64,000 nucleotides of DNA, from assembly GCA_002269645.1 (NCBI GenBank), contig NIVC01000529.1, positions 1-64,000 of the forward strand, given 5' to 3'. The notes beneath the pieces were generated by a model. The model was not told where the DNA came from, ran no database searches, and was given only the letters and a program-made list of their open reading frames with translations. This stretch comes from Macrostomum lignano (lineage: Eukaryota). Positions 52,463 to 64,000 of this stretch are shown here, in pieces (position 1 is the first letter of the stretch; the number at the start of each line of letters is the position of its first letter). The position numbers and the translations under genes were made by a program.

Positions 52463-53475
52463 GGCTGTATTGGATGGGTTGATTAGGACTGCCAGATAGA
52501 TACAGCAGTCTGAAAAATACAATTGTTAAAAAACACATATAGATATCAATATTGCTTTGTACTTTATATTGATTTTTGAATTAATAAAATCTTTAGGAGC
52601 CAAAAATTGCAGTGCCATCTACGAGCTAGATGCAAGTTCATTAGAAAACCATTGAAAATAAAATAAAATATCAAACATCCCATACTTTCATAGCACAGTC
52701 TTTTGACCCTCAGAAGTTGCATAACGGTGGTAAAAGTAGCATTTACCACTATCAAAGGCTAGATTGAAAAAGAAGGCATCTCAAAAACCAACTGATGAGT
52801 AGGTCACCTTTCTCACAGAAGATCTCAATAAGAATTGGAGATTTTATTACTTTAGAGATTAGTTACTTTTACTTAGACAATACAGGAAAATTATTTGAGG
52901 GGATAGAAGGGAGAGATGAGAAAAGGGGAACAAAAGAAAGGGGAAAGAGGAGAAAAGGAGGCAGAGAAAAGAAGAGAGGGGAAGGGGAGAGAAAAGAGAT
53001 AAAAGTCAAAAAAGCCAATCAAGTTGATATATTGAGCACCAAATGCATTCTACAAAATACTACTACATTCCTGAACCTATAGTAGCCAGAAGGTTTCAAT
53101 GCCTGATGCTGATGGCATAATGCAACCATCACAAGAAAGTTATAGGAAATTACAAAAAGTTTGTTTACTAGATTATGGCTATGGATATAGATATAGGGAA
53201 AATTGGTTATGGCAAAACTCTAGCAAATCTTCAATATACAAAAAGTGTATAGCCTATGCCTAAAAATTAGAAAGTCAGGACCACTAAGTCTATTATTACT
53301 CAGTAACATATATTTTGATGTCCTAAATTATGCTTAGCTAGTGTTAATGCCGTGACACTTATAATAGGTTAGCTTCTATGTTGCTGCTAGTCCATAGTGG
53401 AAAGTGGCACAGGTGCACTGGAATTAATTTTAGGGGGGCAATTTGTGCACTTGCCACCTATGTGCCAGCCCCGTT

Positions 53476-53817
53476 GGAAAAGTTATGCACCTGCAGAGGC
53501 ATAAAAGGTGAGCGAGGTGCACAAAAGAGGCACTTTAGTGGCCTATTTTGTGCATGTTTTGGAAATGCACCTAAGTGCACCTTTTATGCCTAAATGTCAC
53601 CAATATTTTTGAAAAAAAGGCATGAAAAGTGAATTTGAGGTGGGTGTTCATGGTTCTAATTAAACTACTTCTTTCAAAAGACAATTAAGTCACGGTGTAA
53701 ATAGGTGCATACATGTACTCATACTTTCCAAAACACACAAAATAGGCCAGTAAATAAAGTGCCTTTTTTGTGCATCTCGCTCACCTTTTATGCCTATGCA
53801 GCTGCATAACTTTTCCT
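53476..53817. mobile_element. Inverted repeat (about 90-bp arms), MITE/foldback remnant
   Basis: ggaaaagttatgca..ggcataaaaggtgagcgag..gcacttt at 53476-53566 is inverted at 53726-53817. Confidence 0.55.
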
Positions 53818-55155
53818 ATGGGAATTAGTAATAAAAATTAACTGAGAGTTACATACTCGTATATTGCAGGCACAGATTGAACATAGAAAAGCTTTATTTA
53901 TACATATACTAATTGCTGCTATCCCCTTCCTGATTCTGGCCAACCACAATAGTAAAAATTCCCTATACTCATAAGTTCCAATGACTTTCAAATACTGAGG
54001 AAAAGTTCCAAAAAAGTGGTGAAACGTTTTGCTTTAGTGAGGAAAAGTAGCAAAAACTTTTGCAAGTTGGAATGCCCCTTTCATTGCTTCTACACCTAAA
54101 GTGCCTACTGTGCACTTTTGTTCACCTTCTGTGCCTCTAATGCACACTATAAATCTTTTCATGCACCTCCACCACGGTGCACTTTTGTTCACCTTTCACT
54201 CCACCAATACCCCTAATTCCTACTTTGTTTACCCTTTGTGCCTCCAATGCACACTCTGCACCTTTAATGCACCTAATTCCCCTATGACACCTGTGCCCCT
54301 ACCGCCTATTTCTTGCCTTAAATTCACCTTTTGAACCTGCAGAGGCACTCAGGTGAACACGGGGTGCACAAGTGGAACAAAATAGGCATAAAAGAGGCGA
54401 AAGTGAGGCTAAAGGTGCAAAACTTCATTTTTTATACTTTAGAAAATCAAAATCCAATGGGAGCTGTACACCACGTGTATAAGTTCTATTTCTTAACCCT
54501 AAATACTAACCTTATACAAAAAGCACCATACTATTAACCCTCAAAGACATTTGTGTAAAAACATAAAAATGATATTCAATTTTGCAGAATACTTTTAAAA
54601 TTGTAAAAAAAACTATTAGTCTTTAAATATACTGGTGTAACAAACTATATCACATGCTATAACCCTAAAGTTTTTTGTATATGCAGTGGATTCAGTTTAA
54701 ATACAGTTTTATAACCAATTTTTAAGCCTTATTTGCACTGCCTTTAAATAAGATCTGGAAAATAAGACTAGAGGATAAGGCAAGACCTTTGATACAAGAA
54801 AATATGTGTAAATATGTCTATATTCCAAGTTTTCTAAATTAAGAGAAATTGCACTTTGAGCCTTAAAATGGCACCTTTACAATTTGTTATTTTGCACCCT
54901 GTCTCTTGTGAAAAAACCTAATATAACCCCATACCTCATAGACTATACCAAACTATGCCAAACTTGAACTTGGTCATTTTTGTAAGCTAACTATGTATGC
55001 TTAAGTTGGATCTAAAAATTAGCATCTAGTAAAAAATGGGGAATTTGCAGTGGAATTTGAATGGAATAATACAAAAAATGTAGGAAAAGTGTAATTTTTT
55101 GAATTAATACTAATATATGTATCAATTCTAAATAACTCATTAGCAAATACATGTA

Positions 55156-55469
55156 GCTATAGCCCTGATTGCAGCGCATGGGCATTTTGGCGGACGGCGT
55201 CCGGCGCGGATCAGCCTGCGCGGCGCAGCATTGGTGGTGGACCAGGGGTAAGTCGCAAAAATGCCACCCCATAAAATACGGGCGTAGTACTAATTAGATG
55301 CCGAGGCATTTAGGCTTGATAATACAGTCATAGTTACTCCTGCAGTTTACCCAAAACTGCGTTAATTTTGCTTTAGGGTTTCTTTCACAGGTAAGTCATT
55401 TCACAGCATGGCACAGGTTGTGTGGGCGTCTGGCGTACTTAAGCCATGCGCTGCAATAGGGGCTATAGC
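55156..55469. mobile_element. Non-autonomous TIR element, about 314 bp
   Basis: gctatagccctgattgcagcgcatgg ... ccatgcgctgcaataggggctatagc, near-perfect 26-bp TIRs. CpG-rich interior. Confidence 0.65.
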
Positions 55470-56861
55470 AATTTAATTACATTAAAAAGATTATAATTTA
55501 TAATATGCATCTATATTGAAGCAAACTGAACTAGAAATAGCAACATCTATTAGTCCTACTTAAAGTAGTAAATATAGGTTCTCTCATGAATAATATGGCT
55601 GATAGGTATTGAAAATATTAATCATAATTTTCTTTCTAGCAGTTTTGACAAGTTTTTGAAACTTTTATTGTTTTAAGATTTTATATATAGTTCATAGTGC
55701 TTTTTCATGGTACTTAAAGTTAGTGGAATCCATAGTTTATTCTACAATTTACCATTCCATTAATTGCAGATTTTGCATTTTACTTTATATTCCATTCCAA
55801 TCATATTGTGGATTCTATATTTTACTAGGTACCTTAAAAATTCTCTGTTAAAAATATATCAAATATATCAATAAGGGGCAAAAATATAATACAAATTTTT
55901 AACATAAAGGCCACCTTCTTGACATGTGCTAATCATTTCAACAACTGGCATTTTGTCAAATGGTTGACAAAGTGACTATTTGGCAAAGGTAGCAATATTT
56001 GATATTGATGAAGTGATCAAGTTTAGAGGTCTTACTGATTGGTCAATTGACAAAATGACTAAGATCAATGGCTCCCCAGGGAGCCCCCTGGTCCATTGAA
56101 ACAAACAAATTTTGAATTACAGTTACTCGATGCCAAATGTATATAGATCATTAGGCATTTGCAATTTGCTCAAAAGTCTTTATTTGTAATTAAAATGTTA
56201 ATTTTTATTAATTAGTTATTTAATTGTTTATCATTATTAATTGTTCTTTTTGTAATAGCCTATTTTGTTATATTTCAATGAGTTTTATATTAACAAAATT
56301 CAGATATATGTATATAAATATATTTAGAAACAGTAGTCAATGCAGTATGATACAAGTTGAAATTAATTAACCTGTTTTACCTACTCAATTTATCTATTCT
56401 ACCTATTCTATTCTATCCAACTCTATTTAGATATAGCCATAAACATATACACAATATTGTTTTGCATAATATATACACAATGCATAGCTCATGAAGTGAC
56501 CATCATTTTATATAAAGAAAAAAACACTAGTTATTAGCAAAAATATTGTGATGCTATTATGCATTTAGCTAGGCCAAAAACTAAATTTTTGGGTAGGCAA
56601 TTGTTATTTTCATGGTACCATATAAATATTGCTAATGTTATTTATATGGTAACTGAAAAAATACCTTATAAAAAATTATCCTACAAGGCAGGGACCCATA
56701 GTTCAGAAGGCAACGTGTATACCTGGATTTCCTGGGATACAACAAAGGTCTTACTATCTTTCAATATATATTAGAGTATATCCTAGCATATATAACATAG
56801 TAGATACATTGTGTCAAATGACAATTTTTTATATTAGTGCATAAACCTAGTATACAGACAA

Positions 56862-57648
56862 GGGCTCATTCCATATAAGATGGACATATTTAGAAAATAG
56901 AAAAAAGTCAATATTTTTGCTTGCCATTGCCTAATTAGCCTATTTTTTACCAAATGTTTATATTGTGCAATATATACAATCTAAGAATAAAGGAATGGTA
57001 AAATGTTGGATTAGTATGTTATCAATTGGCAAAAAGTCATTTTTGTAAAAATTTGGACATTTTTCGAAGCAAAAGACATCATTAAGATTTTGTACCTTTT
57101 AAAAACAAATAGAAAGCTTTTGAAGGTTGAAACAAACTATAGATAAAAGTATAGTACTTGCATCATCAGATAAAAGCATTGGTGACCAAATAATCTATTA
57201 TATTTTTAATGTATTAGTACCTCAAAGTTACTGAATTGACAGAAAAAAATATGTTACGACCATAATGTTACGACCATACGGCTGCCTTTTCTTTTGTATC
57301 TTTGTTGCCTTTTGAGTTTATATATTCTAATAAAAGAGTATGATTTCTAAAGATGTTCTTAGTCAAATTTTAAAAATGTATTGCAAAATATCAAAAATGA
57401 AAAATGTTATAAGACTTTTACCTTTTAGTTTCTATATGTCAAAAATCCTGTCGTTACAACCATAAGTGTCATTTAAGGTTTAATAGCATCTATACTAATG
57501 ATGATATCTATATGAAACTCTATAAATATATTCTAGACAAAATAACCTTTCATTTAAAATATTGGTTTAGTATAATCTATTATTAGATTTCATTTTATAA
57601 GTAAAAATAACCTGTCATGTTACGACCATGCTTATATGGAATGAGCCC
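56862..57648. mobile_element. Non-autonomous TIR element, 787 bp
   Basis: Perfect 18-bp TIRs gggctcattccatataag / cttatatggaatgagccc, internal tgttacgaccat repeats. Superfamily unresolved. Confidence 0.7.
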
Positions 57649-58674
57649 AAGGCATTAAACCTAGTGTATACTAGTACACAATCCAAACTATAGGCAAGGA
57701 CTACTTAATATTTGTCCATATATCTTGTATTTTGAAAATGAGTTTTAATTAAAGTCACTAAATGGAGTTTAGGCATGATTTATATATTTATAACTTAGCA
57801 TGTTTTATTAGCTCATAGTTTTGTACTATTAATAATGCAAAGTACAAAAGGGTGTTTCAAAAGAAAAGAATGATAGGCTTAATAATGCAACTCATTTGCT
57901 TTCAAAAAGATAGATTTGTGGTCAAATATAATTGGACCATAATTATAAATACTACATAGTATATAAAACTAGTTTATATACTAGTCTTTATTTTAGTTAC
58001 TGTATAAATAACAATAGTACTATTTATATATACTATGCAAATAATGAATGCTTTTTATTTAGGCATTATTTCAAAAGTTTTGGCTATATTAGGGCTTTGG
58101 CTACTTATTTTATTAATAGAAAAAAGGATAAAAAGCTAACAAAAACATATTATTATTAATATAAAAAATATTTAATAAAACAAACTCAAGGTCAGGCCTA
58201 TATAAAAATATTTGTGAAGAAACTTAGGCCCTAGTTTATTTTAGCTCAGGTAAATAATCATATGGTGAAATCCAAAAATTGGGGGCAAGTTTTATGAAAA
58301 TTCGTTTTTTGGCAATTTGAAAGCAATAAAGCTATAAAATAAATTTATTCAAGTTTTTAAAAGGTAAAAAAGTCTATTAAAGCACAAATTATTTTCGTAT
58401 AGCTTTATTTTTAATAAAATGATTTGTTAAAACGGTAAGTTTAATTACGACCTAAAATGAGTCTAATGAAAATGATAGAAAAGCTATAATAATGTATTTT
58501 ATTAACTTTAACTATCTGATAATGTTACACTCTATAATTCTATAACATATTTAACATTATTTTCAAGGGTTTATTTGTTTATCACTTTCGTTACTCTTGA
58601 CAACATGTATTTTGTAGAGTTCATTTGCAATAAATTGTATTCAACGTAAGTTTATTATTTAAACATACAAATTT

Positions 58675-59200
58675 CCGTAAGGATTAGAAAATTGCATTTT
58701 ACTCAGCTTCTACTAAAGCGATTTTGAAAATTCTTTTTTTTTCCTGCATACACGCCGCGATGATGCATGTTTTAGTGTAATTTCATTGTTCTTCGTCGCT
58801 TAATGAGCATACAGTAAGCATCTGATTTGGAAGCCGGGTAACACATTGGAATTCCCATAAGGATTGGAAAATTGCATTTTACTCAGCTTCTATTAAAGCT
58901 ATTTTGAAAATTCTTTTTTTCCTACATACACGCCGCGATGATACATGTTTTAGTGTAATTTCATTGTTCTTCATCGCTTAATGAGCATACAGTAAGCATC
59001 TGATTTGGAAGCCAGGTAATATATTGGAATTCCCATAAGGATTGGAAAATTGCATTTTACTCAGCTTCTACTAAAGCGATTTCGAAAATTCTTTTTTTTC
59101 TGCATACACGCCGCGATGATACATGTTTTAGTGTAATTTCATTGTTCTTCGTTGCTTAATGAGCATACAGTAAGCATCTGATTTGGATGCCAGGTTCACA
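58675..59200 (+). repeat. About 179-bp tandem repeat x3
   Basis: Units start near 58678, 58858 and 59036. Confidence 0.95.
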
Positions 59201-59384
59201 TTTTGTGGTACCAATTTGTATCCAAAAATTTTAAGTCTAAATATAGGCATATTACAAATACTAATACTATGCAAGTTGATATTGTCCCAGGGCTCTTATT
59301 TAATCCTTTGTCTAGCCTTACTTGCTGCCACCAAAGTTGTTACAAAGCTATTTCTTCTTAACAATTCTACTGGTTGTTAATTGT

Positions 59385-59520
59385 AATTCTACTGGTAGCG
59401 CATGTACTTCTATTGGTAGCATATGTACTTTTACTGGTAGCGTATGTACTCTTATTGGTAGCGTATATACTTTTACTGGTAGCGTATGTACTCTTATTGG
59501 TAGCGTATATACTTTTACTG
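59385..59520 (+). repeat. About 21/41-bp short array
   Basis: TGGTAGCGTATGTACT-type units. Confidence 0.85.
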
Positions 59521-59559
59521 GCCTGAGCGATCTTTTGGCACTAATCCTCTAACTCTATA

Positions 59560-60060
59560 TATCCCCAATTCACTCCTCTAGGAGGGTTTCTCTCAGTCCG
59601 GGCGTTGCCGGGATCAGAGGGTCACAGCACACTTTGCTGGGTATTCGGCCCTGAGGCGGGTTTCTCAGACTCTAAGCCTGGATTTCTCTACCCTGTGGTA
59701 GGATTTCTGCCTTCTATAGGCGGGTTACTAGACTCCTAAGTCTAGGGTTTCTCAGATCCTAGATCTGGTTATCTTGTCCTCTGAGAACAAATTGTACTCC
59801 CAACCTTGGGGCAATTCCTAGACTAGTATCTACTACTAAAAAATGAGTAATACTGGAACACTCTTAAACTCAGTCTGAATTTGTCTGGTTAAGCTTGTAA
59901 TATTCAAGCGCGAGCTCAAAGCAGAGCAAAGACTTTATTATTCTTAGCCTCTATTGGGCTTCCTTTTATAGCAAAAATTTTAGAATGTTTTAAAACAAAC
60001 TATAATATTCGTAATATGCAAAATATACAATATATAAAAAATATTCAACATATTCGTACA
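59560..60060 (-). mobile_element. Decayed LTR retroelement 5' end (LTR 59844-60060, PBS-like 59829-59838, leader)
   Basis: Minus strand: TGTACG start, TATAAAAGG, AATAAA, ..TACTCA end, T5, then TAGTAGTAGA. No pol ORF or second LTR seen. Confidence 0.45.
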
Positions 60061-61232
60061 GTAAAACAATAGTTATGTTTTCAAAATACAATTTTCCTAG
60101 AAACTAAATAAAATGCGGCCTATTACAATATTTAAATGAAAGAAAACAACTTAAAGATTATTTTGCAACAAGGAATTAGCGATATATTTACTTTTAGAGA
60201 AAGATGTTTGCTGGCAAACTTTGCACTTTATATTAGTATGAATTTTCGCGAGTTTATATGGTTTTAGAAAGAATTTAAAATCCTTAGAAATACTTCATCT
60301 TTTTGAATTGAATAAAAAGTAAAACACAGATTACTTTCTGTTTTGTAAGTAGTAAAAAAATAGCCTTCTCAAAGGCCTACAAGTCTTAAAATTAATTGTT
60401 TAATAATGAAAAAAGTGAAACAAAAAATTGCAAATTGGTCTACTTGGACTTTCAAAATGCTTTTTTGTGGTTTTTTCTTATCTATTCAACAATATAAAAC
60501 ATGAAAACAATAGTTTTTATCCAGAACTATTTTCTAAAGACCTATCTATCTTTCAAAAACCTTTTTTAGATACATTACTTTCCATCAAATGTCCGCAGAT
60601 TTGTTTTACCATTTTATCCTACGTTTTTGGATTTCGCCATATATAGTGCCTAATACAAATAGACAAAATTTATTATAGTAATATTGAAATTTTTAAGATA
60701 GGCCTAGTCTTAACTTTATATTGCTTAACCAATTTTAAAAAATGGGGACAGGGTGTCTTTAGTCTTCTTGCTTAGACAAATAAGATTTACTATATAAAAT
60801 ATAAAAAATAGGTCCTACTAAAAAATAACTTTCAATCTTATAAGTCTTCAACTTTTTTCTTAATTATAAGGCCGGGGCCTAATGACAAATGTTAAAAGTC
60901 GGCATAATGCTAGTTTCTTGTGTTAAATTATTTTGAGGTAAAAATTGACTTAATAAATTAAAACAAGTTAGTCCATAATCCATATGACCATAGCACTCAA
61001 TAGTCTGCTCAGCTCACTAAATTGCATAATAATAAGCAACCTAAAACGAGTTATAAACTAAGAACTTTGCATATGAATGCCATTAAAAGGACTTGGGCGC
61101 ATGTCAAAGCAAAGTTCAAGAACATGTACTAGTGATGACCTATTTGATTCACACCTGAATGAGTACCTTTGACCTTTAGAAACTTCTTGTTCTGGGTTGC
61201 TTATTATTATGCCATTTAGTGAGCTTAGCAGA

Positions 61233-61404
61233 CATGCTTAGGCCCAACCTTGGGATTCACTCGGCCGTTTCTATTGGCAATACACACATGTAAGTCACTA
61301 TTGGATGGAATAGTAGTCACGTGACTGCTCTTAGCCAATAGCGACTAACATGTGTGTGTTGCCAATAGAAATGGCCGGGTGAATCCCAAGGTTGCGCATA
61401 TATG
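61233..61404 (-). mobile_element. 172-bp palindromic MITE, hAT-like (copy 2, inverted)
   Basis: 8-bp TSD TTAGCAGA (61225-61232 and 61405-61412). 12 differences from copy 1 by manual alignment. Confidence 0.85.
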
Positions 61405-63764
61405 TTAGCAGACCATTGACTATTATGGACTAACTTGTTTTAATTTATTGAGTCAATCTACAATTTATAACTCAAAATAATTTAATGCAAGAAACTAGGA
61501 TTATGCCTAAAAGTCATATTTTAATTGCAGTTTTAATTTAAAACAAGCTAGGCCTTAGTCTAAAGTCTTTACATTTTACTATTTAGCTAGTACTCTGCTA
61601 ACTAAAGTTTGCATCCTTATTTTAGACAATTTTAATAGAACAAATAGGTTGTTACCATTTAGGTTTACCTAGTGACTCTAGTCATAGTCCTAGGCCTAGG
61701 CAAAGTGAAATAGGAATAATTTTGTCAAATGGATAGTTTGTCAACAGATTTTTTGAAAGAGTATTTTCAAAACACTAACACTATTTTATTTGCATGACAA
61801 AATGACATAATTCGAAAAATATTTAATAAGTGCCTAGACAACATCAACTTCTCTTCTGTATGCCTAGACATACCCAACAAACATCAATAGCCATTGCCAG
61901 CAAAGGATGCACAATTGAATTTAGCTAAAAATTTAATCTGAAGAAACCAGCCAAAAATCATTATGTAGGCCCTACGCCCTACCAAACCACACGAGCTTGT
62001 GTATATTTCACAATACCCGTAATAGTTAAGTGCATGGTCAAGGATAATATATTTACTCGGGCCTGACTAAAGTAGTAAAGGTTGGGATTCATTACTGAAT
62101 GAATGTATAGTTAGTAGTTAACTTGTGTTGTGTGTAAATAATTAATTTTTTAATTAATCGATTTTTGCATTTTAAAATGTATTTCGAAAAAAATCGTAAT
62201 AAAACACATTTATGTACGGTATCGAGCAGAGAAATTTAATTTCTCTGTGTAGTAACTATGAAAACCATAAAATAGAATTTTTTAATTGTGTTTTTGTTCA
62301 AAAATCAATTGCTGGTGCTTACTATTTTCGGTTAATTATAACTACTGTACATAGTTATGTACATAGTTTGTACAGCAGTACAAGTTCTATTGTTTGCATT
62401 CCTTTTGTTGCGATCGGTTTGTTCGCTCTCCTTGTCCGTAACAGTAACTGCACAGTTGATTACTTTAACAGGATTATTTCAGCTCAAGTTTAATTATTAG
62501 AAATTGCGTATCTTCTAATGAGCCATGAGCGATCGAGTGAGCAATGAATTTATCATAATGCATTAAATATTAAACATCATTCAGGGGCGACGCCATGGAT
62601 TTCTTATGGTGGGAGGGGGAGACATAAGAAAGCATTGGCATGTCCCCCAAAAGCTTTTACTAAGTCCCCCCTGCCCCCCCCCGGTGGTGACGCGCCTGAA
62701 ATCTTTACAATTTGCATACGTGTACATTCGAGATTTAATCAAGAATCGTACGTCGATCTCGCCCCCTTGTTGAAAGTTCTATGAATATGTGCTGATCATA
62801 CATGACCATATGATCATGAATCTGTCATATACATGTACATGTAGGTCATGGCCCTGCAGTCAGTGGATGCCAGCAGCGTTGTCAATGCTGGCTTAATTGC
62901 TGCATGTGGCAGGGTCAGCAGTTCAGCATAGTGCGAGCCTATACTGAAAAATGTCAGAACGCAGTATACATGTAGCATGTAATGAAGAAGAGAAATGTCC
63001 CTAGAGAAATATTATTAAATCTGAACAAAAGAATGCTCAAAACGTCATCATTAGCCGATATTAATTTTTCTCTTTGAACAGAGAGAAGAATGATCAAAAT
63101 GATGCACGGAGGCCGGCCTAAATGAGCGGTGTTATTCGAGTCCACTGGCCGTGTGACCGTGACTGCAGATCAATTAGGGGATGCACACACGCGCATAATC
63201 CCTTTCCATATTGCACTAATTTCATGGCATTCTCTAGCATCTAAAAACAGCCTATATGAACGAATTATTTTTCTTTTCAAGTCCCTCCGGTCTGCCTACA
63301 TGTCTTGCAATTCATTTTGCGTCCGTCCCTAATCAGTTCCTCATCAATTCCCCTTTAATTCCTTCGATCCTTGCGTATTATTTTGCAGGTTCGAGTTTGT
63401 TAGGCATTGAGTTAGAGATGGAGGGGTGAGAGATTTGCATTCTAGTGCTTAAGTGAAAACTTTGTTCAGTATGCTCACCGCTTAATTTGAGTTCACTCAT
63501 GTTAGAATCCAACGTGGTCGTTTGCATTGATTGCGACTGACTGATCGAAAGTTTTGTCCTATTTTGGGGGGAGATTTAATGAGGCGCTGGTGATGCCAAA
63601 GTATCCATTCTATACACTGGGATGAGCAAGAAGCTGTGCGTTAGCTGGCTCCATCAGTTCAATTCTCTGCTCATTGCTTCTGCGCTCAAGCAGAAGAAGC
63701 AAATCGTTTTTTGAGCGTTTTTTTCTAACGATGTGTTTCTTATAAATTCTCAGTAATTGATTCT

Positions 63765-63890
63765 CAATCAGCGATTCTCAATCAGCGATTCTCAATCAGC
63801 GATTCTCAACCAGCGATTCTCAATCAGCGATTCTCAATCAGCGATTCTCAACCAGCGATTCTCAATCAGCGATTCTCAATCAGCGATTCA
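63765..63890 (+). repeat. 14-bp minisatellite TCAATCAGCGATTC
   Basis: Direct reading. Confidence 0.9.
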
Positions 63891-64000
63891 CAAGCTCCGA
63901 CTATGAATCAGTTCGTTGTGGCCTCGCTTCCACGCATTTCATCGGGGCCAGTTTCATCGAAACTTTCATCAACAATATTTCATCGACAGACAGACAGTAA

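Noticed and set aside
62582-62699. Small element with imperfect CAGGGGCG../..CGCCTG ends
   Set aside because: TIR match is weak, with no TSD or second copy. Not supportable.
52795-63332. Short ORFs in the AT-rich domain
   Set aside because: All under 100 aa, compositionally random, with no splice-supported chain or motif.

Overview
Eukaryotic (animal) genomic DNA. It has GC-rich spliced exons, poly-Ala/Gln tracts and introns packed with minisatellites, resembling the flatworm Macrostomum (species is an inference). Genes reconstructed by hand from GT-AG sites and frame continuity: (+) the last two exons of a netrin-like NTR/C345C protein; (-) a rhodopsin-class peptide-type GPCR; (-) Su(H)/RBPJ (CSL) with a conserved 3-exon core and two probable alternative N-termini, one using a 10-nt microexon; (-) an unidentified 2-exon gene with a CxCx4C motif; (-) a 10-exon PDS5. 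About 35 unrelated tandem arrays (units mostly 11-63 bp, some with higher-order structure) account for most long ORFs in the track, which are artefacts. 52.6-62 kb is an AT-rich, CpG-poor domain of decayed mobile elements. Top leads: (1) a 33-bp coding repeat in the GPCR whose unit contains CAG|GTGTGT, so splicing would exactly restore the ancestral protein (candidate intron birth by tandem duplication); (2) repeat copies differing mostly by C>T at CpG and CpA (RIP-like spectrum in an animal); (3) a PDS5 intron built from copies of its own 5' splice site; (4) a two-copy palindromic MITE with 8-bp TSDs; (5) inverted minisatellite arms resembling a Foldback element. No prokaryotic features or CRISPR. 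Repeat boundaries are approximate.
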